The notes: generated from the letters alone by a model not told the origin. 64,000 nucleotides of DNA from Flectonema sp. DT1601 (GCA_964019425.1 OZ025795.1:682001-746000); one strand, 5' to 3'. Numbered from the stretch's first letter, positions 23,628 to 34,951 are shown. Numbers and translations: made by a program.

Positions 23628-26600
23628 TCAGATTGAATAGTCTTCAGAATAGTCAGCTGAGTTCACATCCTCATCAGATGGTGACTGTTGATGTTCTCCT
23701 CCTTTCACAATATCCTCATCAGATGGTGACTGTTGATGTTCTCCTCCTTTCACAATATCCTCATCAGATGGTGACTGTTGATGTTCTTCTCCTTTCACAA
23801 TATCCTCATCAGATGGTGACTGTTGATGTTCTTCTCCTTTCACAATATCCTCATCAGATGGTGACTGTTGATGTTCTCCTCCTTTCACAATATCCTCATC
23901 AGATGGTGACTGTTGATGTTCTCCTCCTTTCACAATATCCTCATCAGATGGTGACTGTTGATGTTCTTCAGCTTTCTGACTTCCTGTTGAGTAATCGGAT
24001 TGGTCGTCAGAAAATATTTCTTCAGACTTCTGACTTTCAGAAGCTGATGTTTGGGAACAGTTACCATCATCACCACCACCACAATCACCACCGTCACCAT
24101 CACCACCAACATCATCACCACCACTATTATTAGTACCTTTGGGATGCGATGCCTCACTAGTGAGCTCACCGATCAGTAGATCAGTTGTGTTATTATTGTT
24201 GGAGACTTCCTTATCAGGTGATGATATTTCATAGTCTTCATATTCAAGTTTAAGATTAGCTTTGATTAGATTCGTATCATCATTCTCATTACTGACTTCA
24301 CTTCTCTTACTGTTGTTGTTATTATTAAGTTGTTCAGAGTAACAACTGTTATCAGATGATGATGTCACTGAATTACGATCATTACTTTCAGAAGGTTGTG
24401 AAGGATCAATTGAAGAGAGAAGTAGTAATCCATTGAAGTCTGCTTCAATCCCTTCCTGTTTTAGGATCTTAATCAGCATTCTGGTTGTGTTTGGAATGGA
24501 ATCCGTGTTTGAACTTTCATCAGCTTCTGAAGCTGGAGTTTTGGGAGGTTTGCTGCTGTCGAGTGCTGAGATCTCACTTGAACATTCATCTTGTTCTTGT
24601 TCTTGTACTTCAGTATTTAAGTATTTTAATCTTAATGATGAGAACTTGACGCCTTCTTCTTTTTGAGTACTCCGTCGCTCATCCCGTTCGTGGTTCTCGA
24701 ATGTTTTTCGTTCTTTATCAAGAGTCTGTTTCCGCCTTGTTTCGAATATTAGCTTTTGTGTTGCAGCTCTCTGCTTCTTTTGTTCTCGTTGAAGTTTTTT
24801 CATCTGCCTTGCTCGTGATCGTCGCTGTTCAGCTGCTCGGTGTCGTGACCAAGCGTCTGAGTTTTCTGTTGACATTTCTTTTAATATTTTGTTACGGAGA
24901 GTTGCTTCAATTCGAAATATACCTTCACGTTCTACCTTCTCTAATCTGTTATTGTGATGTAGCTGACTTGTTAATAAGTTTCGGATATTTCTACTCGACT
25001 TCTCAGTGATTGAATCCTTTGTGATGACACAAAGGTCAGCGAAGGCTTGTCGCTGTCGACTCTTTTGTCTGACAATCAAACGATCAGAAATTTCTCGGTT
25101 GTCGATAGCTCGCCGTTTTGAACTTTCCATTGATATAATGACTTCTATAGCCTGTTGTTGTTCTGCTGCAGTAATCTTCACAATTCCACTCTTTTCCTCT
25201 TTTGTAATTGTACATCGTTGTCTGTGTTCAGATACAGCGAGAGATTGAACAGCAGACTCGTTGCTGAGACTGATGAGGTTTTTATTTTGTTCAAATGTCG
25301 CTCGAGTTCGGAGTTGTTTTAACTTCCGTTGATGAATTGAGTGACGTGTTCTCATTGATGTTTCAACTAACCACAATCTAAATAATGTTCTACTTTGCAA
25401 TCTATGAAGACCTGCACTCTGCTCAGAACACTCCTGGACGACTATTTGACGACAATCAATTTCATGTCTTTCTAAGGCTACGAAAGATGCTCTGCTTGCG
25501 AGTATCTTCCGAGCTCTTGCTTTTGCATACTTTGTTGTTGTCACAATCTCAATGCTGTGCTCATCTCTTGATATAAGAAACGTAATAATATGTCTGGCCA
25601 TAGTCTCTTGAACATCAAGCTTTCTCCTGTTACGATCTTCTTTGTTGACGAGGTGTTGGATGTTTATTTTATATTGTTCTTCATCACATGATTTTCGATA
25701 TTCCGTAATAGATAAATGAGTCCTGGGTTTAGGAGGACTCGGTGTCATTTCACAAAGTTGAGATGACGACGGGAGTTTTCTCTTTAGTTGAACAGAACGA
25801 GCAAGTTGCTCGCCGCGTTTTTGATCGTAGGCCCTGCGTACCTCTGATTGCCTTATTGTTGAGATAGCTCTGTTGTAGGTTCTTAATAAAGCCACGCGTT
25901 CAATTCGTTCTGTGTCGTGGTATTGCTGCCGACTGGCGCCTTCGTTTCTGTAGAAGTTAACGGCGGCTTTTGAGTGTCGTCTCTTCTGTTGCTGCACAAC
26001 AGTCTTCGCATAATTAATATGATAAAGAAGTACTTTACTCCAATTATTTTGGAGTCCACAATACTCAATGGCTTGTCTTTTTAGTAAATCACTTCGATCA
26101 TTACATTCTTCATCAACAAAACGAATTCTCTCTTTTTCTTTACGAACGTCAAGGAGACGAATCTCATTCTCAACGTATTCGATTGCTTTCGTAACGTCTC
26201 GATGATGTTTTTGTTTGTATCTTCTCCACACTCTTTGCATTCGTTTGAATTCTTTTGCTTCATCCCAGAGAAGGTTTAGTCGTTTGGTGGTTTCAAATTC
26301 ACAACTTTGCTGGAGAAGGACTGCAGAGATTGGTTTCTCAACTGGGTAGTCATCAGAGCGAAATTGAGTACCCTCGTCAAGGAGTTGTTTGGTTGCAGCA
26401 ATTTTCATATCTGCGGAAATCTTCCGTCGCATTGGATGCGCTGTGGCTGGTGGAAACGGAAGCCTTGGTCTCGGATATATTGTATTCTTTACTTTCGGTG
26501 AGGTAATTATTTCTGGTAGATTATTAAAATCTAATCCTCTCCTCGGCCAGGTCTTCTTTAGTTTTCTCGATCTCTTCCTACTCTGAACTCTCTCTGCTGT

Positions 26601-26750
26601 TGAGGGAGGACTTGGAATAGGAGTAGATCCAATTAGGTGCATTTTAGAGGGATATCTCGGACGGTTTACTGGAGGCTGGGGACCTCCTATTATTTTACTT
26701 ACATCGAACTCTGTCGTGTCTTCTTGCGGACAGTCATCAACACACGGCAT
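23628..26750 (-). CDS. Large basic coiled-coil protein with acidic repeat tail (1040 aa)
   Basis: Long intronless ORF; R/E-rich helical middle; C-terminal 15-aa repeat; pyrimidine-rich CAG acceptor at ~26760. Confidence 0.8.
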   Translation of the reverse strand: MPCVDDCPQEDTTEFDVSKIIGGPQPPVNRPRYPSKMHLIGSTPIPSPPSTAERVQSRKRSRKLKKTWPRRGLDFNNLPEIITSPKVKNTIYPRPRLPFPPATAHPMRRKISADMKIAATKQLLDEGTQFRSDDYPVEKPISAVLLQQSCEFETTKRLNLLWDEAKEFKRMQRVWRRYKQKHHRDVTKAIEYVENEIRLLDVRKEKERIRFVDEECNDRSDLLKRQAIEYCGLQNNWSKVLLYHINYAKTVVQQQKRRHSKAAVNFYRNEGASRQQYHDTERIERVALLRTYNRAISTIRQSEVRRAYDQKRGEQLARSVQLKRKLPSSSQLCEMTPSPPKPRTHLSITEYRKSCDEEQYKINIQHLVNKEDRNRRKLDVQETMARHIITFLISRDEHSIEIVTTTKYAKARARKILASRASFVALERHEIDCRQIVVQECSEQSAGLHRLQSRTLFRLWLVETSMRTRHSIHQRKLKQLRTRATFEQNKNLISLSNESAVQSLAVSEHRQRCTITKEEKSGIVKITAAEQQQAIEVIISMESSKRRAIDNREISDRLIVRQKSRQRQAFADLCVITKDSITEKSSRNIRNLLTSQLHHNNRLEKVEREGIFRIEATLRNKILKEMSTENSDAWSRHRAAEQRRSRARQMKKLQREQKKQRAATQKLIFETRRKQTLDKERKTFENHERDERRSTQKEEGVKFSSLRLKYLNTEVQEQEQDECSSEISALDSSKPPKTPASEADESSNTDSIPNTTRMLIKILKQEGIEADFNGLLLLSSIDPSQPSESNDRNSVTSSSDNSCYSEQLNNNNNSKRSEVSNENDDTNLIKANLKLEYEDYEISSPDKEVSNNNNTTDLLIGELTSEASHPKGTNNSGGDDVGGDGDGGDCGGGDDGNCSQTSASESQKSEEIFSDDQSDYSTGSQKAEEHQQSPSDEDIVKGGEHQQSPSDEDIVKGGEHQQSPSDEDIVKGEEHQQSPSDEDIVKGEEHQQSPSDEDIVKGGEHQQSPSDEDIVKGGEHQQSPSDEDVNSADYSEDYSI
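23667..23968 (-). repeat. Coding 45-bp tandem repeat (~6.7 copies) encoding EHQQSPSDEDIVKG(G/E)
   Basis: ATCCTCATCAGATGGTG recurs at 23667, 23712, 23757, 23802, 23847, 23892 and 23937; in frame within the 1040 aa ORF. Confidence 0.95.
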
Positions 26751-27591
26751 CTATCCCAACTGAAAGAAGATAATAAAATAATAAGAAATCTAAAAAAAAA
26801 AGCTTCCCTTTTCCCTTTGCTTTGTAGGAAGTCAATAATTTTCATCTGTTCATCAACAGCGTAATATAAAAACATGTAATCAATTGTATCTTCACTGGAG
26901 TAGTAGTGAAGAGATTGATAACCAACACTACTAACTGGCTGGGTGATGTCAATCTGTACATCATTCTTAAAAAATAATTGAAAAAACATATTTTAAATTT
27001 GTACATCTTCTTCAAAAATCAACACATCTCTTCCTCAACAGAAAAAAGTATTTTCGACTCTCTGGGTGAAACTCAAAGGAGGGAGGGAGATTATCGGAAA
27101 TGCCAAACTTCTCAAAGAGGTAACGAGACTTCTTTTTGGTATTTGGTATCGACTACTTTTGTGTGTAGGGTTCTTCTTGTAACTCAAAAAAAAGAAATTC
27201 ATAAAAATAAAACCAATTCGTAGGTTGCCAACAGAGTTTCCCCTTTTTCTGTTTTGATTAAAAGAGAAAATCAAATTGAATGGATCTTTACACTACGGCA
27301 CAACCACAGTATGAAGGGAATCGCTTCATAACAGTGAAGGATGAATTGAAACCCGTCACACCATTTACAATCCAAACAAGAACACTACTCACCCTAACTT
27401 CCGAAATCATAATTTTGTGTTCTTTGCGGTGGCACAACTCTTCAAAACCAGAACAAATATTAAAGAGAATGCAACAGCGCGATTCACTGCAAGGCTAGGA
27501 AGTGAGTAAAGAACGAATAAACAAAACCATGCAACAAAGAGGGCACGACATCTTATAAGGCTAGGGGAGGGTGAATCAGATAGAAGAACAG

Positions 27592-29523
27592 CTACGAAGA
27601 CGATGAAACCCGCACAGGTTTCCTAGTCGAACATTTTGAAAGATTAATCAAATTTTTAAGTCCTCTATCAGATTCCGGGTGACCACTATAAACACTATTA
27701 CGAACTGTTCTCACAATTCTTTGAGCTCCCAACATCACTTGATCTTCAGTCTTTCCTTTACAGTCGAGTGCTGTAGTCGTTGAGTGTGTTGTATTATAAG
27801 CATTCAAAGGACCGAGATAATCAATAATTATTGCGATTACCTCATACGACAATCCATGGTACCTGGGACCAGGAGTAAATGCGTGTTGTTCTTTGGGATC
27901 AGATATCCGAAGAGGGTATTGCAAGTTATTTCTCAAATAGGTAACAGTTTTTTGTTTCATGTTCACCTGTATCATCTTACCCTTAGTTGAAAGTTCTACA
28001 ATGCCATTATCGACTGTGTCGTCGAGAATCTTACAAGCGACATGATCATAAGTCATATTCTTATCAGAGAATATTCTATGGTCGTCTACCTTCACATCAG
28101 TCCATAATTCAGAATCAAGACGTTCTTTCATTCCAGGAATACTACCACCAGGTCCGTCAAGTACTATTGTTGAGCATACTTTTGACCAAAGATCTGAAGG
28201 AAGCGATTCAATACAATTTCTAACCATCTCTGGAAGTGTTTCATCTGCTGTTGGAGTCACTGCAGTGTACGAGTATTGATATTCACTTGCTCCAAAACAA
28301 GTTGTTAATGTGTTCTTCTTTCTGAAATATGGCTCAGTATAAACCCACAACATGTCCCCTGGTAGTTTCAAATCATTCTTATCTGCTAACTCTTTAACAT
28401 GCTCAATGTAAGCATCAAGACACTTCTTACGTTTTCCATAATAATCCCAACTGTTCAGTTGCGTTAAGTCTGGTCTTGTGAAAGGATTCTTTCCTATTAA
28501 AGCAAACAACTCATCAGATGCTTTCTTTTGAAGTATTAACGGCACAGTTGGTTTACTATTAGCACCTCTTTCATAACGTTTGTCATCAGCAATTATCTGA
28601 GAAAGTATATTTCTGACGGTGTTGTTTCTTGCTGTACATCGAGTGTACTGTATCAAAGGATTACCGTTTATAATTGGAACTACTCTCGTGTAAGTATATC
28701 CAACAGTGACGACCATTCCATTGGACTCTACACAGGAATGAAGAGCAAGCGATTCCCTACTAACGGAATAGTAGTCATTTACTTTTAATTTTTTTAATAC
28801 ATTCCCAAGAGCATGTCGATGCTTGTCATCTCCATGTGACGGTTCAGTTATTAAAAACGTTGAATTAAGAGGAGTGTATTTATTAACACTGTTTGCTATG
28901 ATGTGTCCCAAGTCTGCTGCTGATGAGCTCAGCCTCCCTTGGTGTAAGGGAGATCCGTAGTTTGAATACCTATCACCTGTTCCTATTTCATGGGTACCAA
29001 AGTGTCTATCATATTGAACAGAACAGTTATAATTAAAAGTTCTACCTGAACAGAATGTTCTCACATAATGAGATCCAAGGTGAATAAAAGCAATTCCCTT
29101 ACCATGATGTTTATGAATAGCTCTTTTTATAAAGTCTGCTGGTAATTCATCTGCAACATAACAAGTAGCAACAATAATAGCCTTTGAGTAAGCATCGATA
29201 CATTTCTTCAGTTGTGGAAGGTTTATAGAAGTCTCAACTCTTAGTTTGGTTCTGGCAGCGGTGAGTTCAGCAACAACGACGAGGACAACTTCTCCTTTTA
29301 CAACTTCAGCCATGCAATCTCTTACAGAAGTAACTCTGATACTTCGACTCCATGCTAATGGAGTTGACATAGATAAGAAAGCTTTTGATGGTTTTTCACA
29401 TTCTTCCAACCACACTATTCGTTGAGCATGAAGTCCAATATCATTATCATCACCACCTTTTTCTATTCCGACAGGTTTCGGTGATAACGGTTTCTTAACC
29501 GACGTCGGGGGAGCAAAACTCAT
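27592..29523 (-). CDS. Highly divergent actin-related protein with N-terminal extension
   Basis: Actin-fold motifs TFLITEP, LALHS..ESNGMVVTVGYTYTRVVPIING, LPEMVRNCIESLPSDLW..V.STIVLDGPGGSIPGMKERLDSEL, VMLGAQ. Confidence 0.7.
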   Translation of the reverse strand: MSFAPPTSVKKPLSPKPVGIEKGGDDNDIGLHAQRIVWLEECEKPSKAFLSMSTPLAWSRSIRVTSVRDCMAEVVKGEVVLVVVAELTAARTKLRVETSINLPQLKKCIDAYSKAIIVATCYVADELPADFIKRAIHKHHGKGIAFIHLGSHYVRTFCSGRTFNYNCSVQYDRHFGTHEIGTGDRYSNYGSPLHQGRLSSSAADLGHIIANSVNKYTPLNSTFLITEPSHGDDKHRHALGNVLKKLKVNDYYSVSRESLALHSCVESNGMVVTVGYTYTRVVPIINGNPLIQYTRCTARNNTVRNILSQIIADDKRYERGANSKPTVPLILQKKASDELFALIGKNPFTRPDLTQLNSWDYYGKRKKCLDAYIEHVKELADKNDLKLPGDMLWVYTEPYFRKKNTLTTCFGASEYQYSYTAVTPTADETLPEMVRNCIESLPSDLWSKVCSTIVLDGPGGSIPGMKERLDSELWTDVKVDDHRIFSDKNMTYDHVACKILDDTVDNGIVELSTKGKMIQVNMKQKTVTYLRNNLQYPLRISDPKEQHAFTPGPRYHGLSYEVIAIIIDYLGPLNAYNTTHSTTTALDCKGKTEDQVMLGAQRIVRTVRNSVYSGHPESDRGLKNLINLSKCSTRKPVRVSSSS

Positions 29524-29746
29524 TTTTCAAATCCCGTCTGAGAAAACTATTTTACAATTCAATCCTCTAGATATGTCGATGGGATCTGTGAGGAATATGA
29601 TATGACATTTCTAAAAAAACAAATGTTAAAATAAGAAATAATTAATCAAATTAAAGTTGTCGCGCGTATTCTAAAAAAGATAAAACCATTTTACACATTG
29701 AAAGCAAACTACTAGTGTCCCTGTAAAGGAAACAATTTTTGTTTTG

Positions 29747-32700
29747 CTACCAGTAAGGAGGGTCTCTCTTTGTACTCAGGCACTCTTTAGAGAATCGATC
29801 TTCAATTGTTTGAAGTTTCATAGAAATGGTTTCTTCGGATGCGTTTTTTTCAACGTTGCTCATCGCGGCCTGTTGAGTTGTTCGAGACAAGATCTGATCT
29901 CTGGCGTTCTCATCAACTGGTTGCTTAAAAACAGGAGTGTTTGACTTCCAGTATGCCAGAATGGTTTCCATTTCTTTCTCCTGTTGGTTTGATATATTAT
30001 TAAGAACATCAATCATACAATGTACTGATAGTATTAATTCATACCTCAGAAGCCTGCATATTCTGCTGCTCTTCTTGTTCCTGAATAACGAAAGCTTCCC
30101 TCTCTTCAGGTAAGAGCATGTCTTCATCATAAATCCTTTCGAGGAGTGTTATGATTTCGTGACGTACGCTTCCCGTGTATCTGTTTATTTATTTTTATTA
30201 TTTTAATTGTTGTGTAAACAGGAATGAATCAAAGGAACTAATATCCTCTCCAACTCTTGCATTGATATGACACCCGATGGACCTACAGTGATCGCCCCCT
30301 TTGTTGCTCTCACCCGACAAGCAGGTAAAGAGAAGTAGACAGGGCAGGGATAAAGGGTTCTTAATGCAATGCTACCTTCACGATGAGTACTTCTTCTCCA
30401 ACTCTCGCATTGATATGACACCCGATGGACCTACAGTGATCGCCCCCTTTGTTGCTCTCACCCGACAAGCAGGTAAAGAGAAGTAGACAGGGCAGGGATA
30501 AAGGGTTCTTAATGCAATGCTACCTTCACGATGAATACTTCCTCTCCAACTCTTGCATTGATATGACACCCGATGGACCTACAGTGATCGCCCCCTTTGT
30601 TGCTCTCACCCGACAAGCAGGTAAAGAGAAGTAGACAGGGCAGGGATAAAGGGTTCTTAATGCAATGCTAACTTCACGATGAATACTTCCTCTCCAACTC
30701 TCGCATTGATATGACACCCGATGGACCTACAGTGATCGCCCCCTTTGTTGCTCTCACCTGGCAAGCAGGTAAAGAGAAGTAGACAGGGCAGGGATAAAGG
30801 GTTCTTAATGCAATGCTACCTTCACGATGAATACTTCCTCTCCAACTCTTGCATTGATATGACACCCGATGGACCTACAGTGATCGCCCCCTTTGTTGCT
30901 CTCACCTGGCAAGCAGGTAAAGAGAAGTAGACAGGGCAGGGATAAAGGGTTCTTAATGCAATGCTACCTTCACGATGAATACTTCCTCTCCAACTCTCGC
31001 ATTGATATGACACCCGATGGACCTACAGTGATCGCCCCCTTTGTTGCTCTCACCTGGCAAGCAGGTAAAGAGAAGTAGACAGGGCAGGGATAAAGGGTTC
31101 TTAATGCAATGCTACCTTCACGATGAATACTTCCTCTCCAACTCTCGCATTGATATGACACCCGATGGACCTACAGTGATCGCCCCCTTTGTTGCTCTCA
31201 CCTGGCAAGCAGGTAAAGAGAAGTAGACAGGGCAGGGATAAAGGGTTCTTAATGCAATGCTACCTTCACGATGAATACTTCCTCTCCAACTCTTGCATTG
31301 ATATGACACCCGATGGACCTACAGTGATCGCCCCCTTTGTTGCTCTCACCCGACAAGCAGGTAAAGAGAAGTAGACAGGGCAGGGATAAAGGGTTCTTAA
31401 TGCAATGCTTGCATCCGTATTTTCATTCTGAACGGTAAACGAAAGGAAGAAACATACTTCGTTATATCTTCTCGGTAAAGCTGAGGGACCGACTTTGAAA
31501 TACGACCAGCATCCGAATACCAGATCTCACAATCAACGAAAAAAGATTTCTGACGACAACGTTTCGGTTTTTGACAAGACAACCTAACTGATATACGCTG
31601 AAGGCCGTGGATGAGGTTTTGATTCCAACCCTTCTTACGAAGAGCCATCAGTCTAAGTGTGTACTGCAGTGATTCAAGTCCTTGACCTTGGTTCTCAAGT
31701 ACGAGTTTAATAGTATTTCCATTCATCTTTTTAATACAACAAGTGTTTGAATCAACTTCTTTTATGTAAGACAACACATCTTTCTTTTCAAGTGATCCAG
31801 ACTGAAGCTCTTCTTGCAACGTTAATTTCGAAGGAAGATTTGGTCCAGCAACGGAAATGTTAATTAATACTGAAGTTGAGTCTTCTGTCCATAAAGAAGT
31901 TGTTTCTAAGTCGTCTTGTGGTTTGCAAATAATAACAACATCCCAACGACAAGCGAGTCTTGGTTGTAATTCAATACGAGGAGGAGGGTTGTAATGTTCA
32001 TCTTGTTGATCAATTTGTTTTGGAACTGATGTCCAAGATCCGAAAATTGATTTCTTGTTACGAACTAACTGAGCTGCTATTCTCTTTATCCAAACTTCTG
32101 ATGAGATGTTTGTTTTTGAAATATCTAATTCAGTTATTTGTTCATTCGTACGTAGCAGGTAGTACAACTCAGTCGCAGAAACCTGAGTAATTGAATTCTC
32201 ACTAATATTTAACGAGACTACAGATGGATGTGATACTAGTGCGCTGACAAGAGGATGAACCACACTAGACGATAATCCATTTCCTGATAAGTTTATTTTC
32301 TTTAAATTTGGAAGCAATTTAACAACTTCAACAAGAGCCCTCACACCATTATCACCAATAAAATACACAGCCGGAGGTTTTGATGATAAGTCATCCGATA
32401 AATCGAGAGACGTGTCTGTCTCTGTGAGATCAGAAAGTTTTTTTAATATTCCTTTTTTTGGCATTTTCCCACCAGAGTATTTCAGATAGTAATACCTGTA
32501 CACATCACTATACGTCGAAGCAGGAATAAATGTGCCATCAGCTTGTTCAATTCGACCAGTGATAATTTTATCAGGAAGCTTATATTGTAAGGCAACTAAA
32601 AAGTTTTTAACACGAGTTACTAAGTCTGACAATGGTTGTGAGATTGTTGGATCATAAATAATATGAAATAACTGTTTTGTTATACCTTGTACAAGAGGAT

Positions 32701-33082
32701 GTTGAAGTGTAGTGTGCTCATCGAGTATGATTGGTAGTATAACAGGGCTATCACAAACATAACTTCTCCTCAAAGCATAATACAGAGTCAGCCATGAGAC
32801 GCCACTTCTAATCCATTCATCAGATATAATACAAAGAAATATCGAAGTTCGCTTTAAATATTTTATTATTTCTCTCCTCCATTTAACTCCTCCGATGTCT
32901 TCAGTCATTGGAACTGAGCAATTGACTCCTTTTAAAAGTAACTTTCGTCTTAACGCCTGAGTAAACCTAATAGACTCTGATGATGAATGTGCTGCACACA
33001 ATAATGCTTCACATGGTGTCTCTAAACCAACTGCTTCAGGATCAGATCCGATACTTCTCGGAGACAGTAACGGACTCGTCAT
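29747..33082 (-). CDS. TIR-like domain + RI-type leucine-rich-repeat protein (664 aa, 3 exons); host gene of the intronic H/ACA snoRNA array
   Basis: Exon 1 33082-31458, intron 30181-31457 (GTATGT...AAATAAACAG), exon 2 30180-30045, intron 29981-30044, exon 3 29980-29747. The phases join into one open frame (...REDITK|YTGSVRHEII...MQASE|EKEMETIL...). TIR: WRREIIKYLKRTSIFLCIISDEWIRS...ILPII. LRR: LKKINLSGNGL, VVSLNISENSI, ITELDISKTNI. Confidence 0.85.
30245..31408. repeat. 148-bp tandem array, 8 copies
   Basis: Near-identical units with a period of exactly 148; a handful of SNPs (CCCGAC/CCTGGC, TCTTGC/TCTCGC and a few in spacers). Confidence 0.97.
30252..31408 (-). ncRNA. 8 copies of a single-hairpin box H/ACA (AGA) snoRNA, ~121 nt, predicted guide for the LSU rRNA helix-69 pseudouridine equivalent to yeast Psi2264 (an snR3 target)
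   Basis: Copies at 31288-31408, 31140-31260, 30992-31112, 30844-30964, 30696-30816, 30548-30668, 30400-30520, 30252-30372. Minus strand: lower stem GCATTG/CAATGC, pockets CATTAAGA and GTCATAT, upper stem ACCC/GGGT, then (A/G)-AGA-GTT. The pockets pair with conserved LSU UAUGAC-[U]C-UCUUAA; the AGA box lies 14 nt from the upper stem. Confidence 0.88.
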
Positions 33083-33220
33083 GTGTTGTGTACTAAAAAA
33101 AGTAAATTTATTTATTTATGATTTTACAATCACCGCTAAGGAAGTACAACTGACTAACAATAAAATAAGGGGCTGGGAGTTAGATACAAGAAAAAAGTGA
33201 AATCTAAACTGACTTGTACA

Positions 33221-34708
33221 TCAACTAGTTGCTGTGGGTGTGTCAGAGTCTCCAAGAACTTCCTGCTGTGACATAATTAGTTGACGAGTTCCTTGAATGT
33301 CTTGTTTTAATCTCTCTTTGGCTTCATGAGTCCTGAGTCTCTGCTGCTCCATTGTGTCTGCGCGTGTCTTCAGTTCTTCATTTTTAGAAGAGAGCTCTGT
33401 TTTACATTCGGATAGCTCACTCTCTAACTGCTCAGCGTTGTTCTCCAAGTCTCGAATTCTCTGTTGTGCTGACTCGTTTGCTTCTTTCATTTCAAGACGG
33501 TCTTTTTCAAAGTCACTGCACAACTCTTGACTTTGTAATCTGTTTTTCGTTGTTATTAAATAGAAGTGATCCCCGCTTTCAAACAAAAGACCAACACGAT
33601 AATAATAAATCTTTATTACATACAATGATTTCTTGAGTGAAGTACTCAACGTTGAGATAGCCCCACTGGCTGTTTGCTTAACAACAGAGAGTTCTTCTCG
33701 GAGTTCATTAACAGTGGTTCCCTGTTGTGATGTTTCAATGTTTTTGAAGTAATCTTTCAATTGTTAAATAAACAAAAATAGTAACCATACCGTTGTAGAT
33801 CCTCCTGTTGACTTTACTTCCCTTTCAGTCGACTCGCTCAGTTTAACTGAAGCTGCTTGGGATTGTAGTTCTCGAATCTGTTCCTGAAGTCTAGAAATCT
33901 CACTTTGAGAAGACTCAAACTGGTCTTTCATATCGCTTAGAGAGTTGCTGAGGATTGTCATTGTTTCATGTTCTGCTTTTCTACTAATTAATAAAGCTTC
34001 GTATTCCTTAGTCTTGCGATCGTTAAGTTCAACTTGTGATTCCAATCGACTGTCTAAGTCTGCTACTTTCTGACGAGCAGATGCCAACTCTGTGACAGTT
34101 GAAGTTAGAGCTTCATTTAACTTATCAGCGTCAGTCTCACCAATTGGTTTATCAACTTCAGAAGGATGTAATCGACTGAGTTCTGATGTCATGTAAGAGA
34201 GCTTCTGTTCTCGAAGAGCAGCGTTTTCACGTCGTAGCTCATCATTCGCAGCCTCCAGTAAAGTAATCTTCCCACTGGCTTCCTGTTCCATTATGAGTGT
34301 TTTCGGTCTTCCAGAGAGTTCAATTTCCAGTTCGCTGACTTTATTTTTTAGTGTTTGCTTTTCTTGCTGAGAACGTACTAGTTTAAAACGAGCTTCCTTA
34401 AGGATTTGTTTGCGGCGAGTGGATTCTTCTTCCAGAGTCCGTTCTAGTTCTCGAACGCGGGTTCTTGATGCTCTGTCTCCAATGTCATCGTTAAGGGCTT
34501 TATTTTCATCTTGAAGGCGAACAATATCTTCTCTGAGTTCCTTAAATACTATTTGCATCTCTGTTAATAATCTCACTTGATCATCTTTACCTAAAACTGA
34601 TGGAGACATTGCCAACAGCTCTGCCACTCCCGGAGGTGTCACCGCTCTCGGCGAATCATCGATCCCTTCAATTGGAACCGGCGGTGGCGGAGGTGGGAAA
34701 CCATCCAT
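33221..34708 (-). CDS. Coiled-coil protein (3 exons)
   Basis: ORFs 33764-34708 and 33221-33760 are joined by introns 33722-33790 and 33540-33623 (the latter in frame); heptad-rich sequence. Confidence 0.8.
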
Positions 34709-34951
34709 CGCTATCGCAACTTATTATTTTATTAACACGTACTCTGTAACATGTTATTGTATCCTTTTGTTTAACAGATGGTATTGACTATACTAAAGTA
34801 TTATAAATCACTCTTCAGATAATAAACTAAATAATAAATATTGATATAACGTAACAGTTCTGAACAGAGCTAAAAGGTTAACAGACTCGACTGAAGATGT
34901 CAGCCTCTAATTATCATCATAAGAAGAACCACATAATATATGTGTTGCGGA

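Noticed and set aside
23667..23968. The 45-bp coding repeat shares CACCATCTGATGA with the D-box end of snoRNA A
   Set aside because: It encodes SPSDE in frame and has no proper C-to-D architecture; the 13-mer is coincidental.
30203..31374. Repeated 61-72 aa ORFs on both strands in the 148-bp array
   Set aside because: The unit length is not a multiple of 3, the region is intronic, and it is explained by the H/ACA guide structure.
34816..34920. ATGATGA...CTGA pair on the minus strand (possible C/D snoRNA)
   Set aside because: The putative guides are AT-rich with no recognisable rRNA complementarity and no terminal stem.
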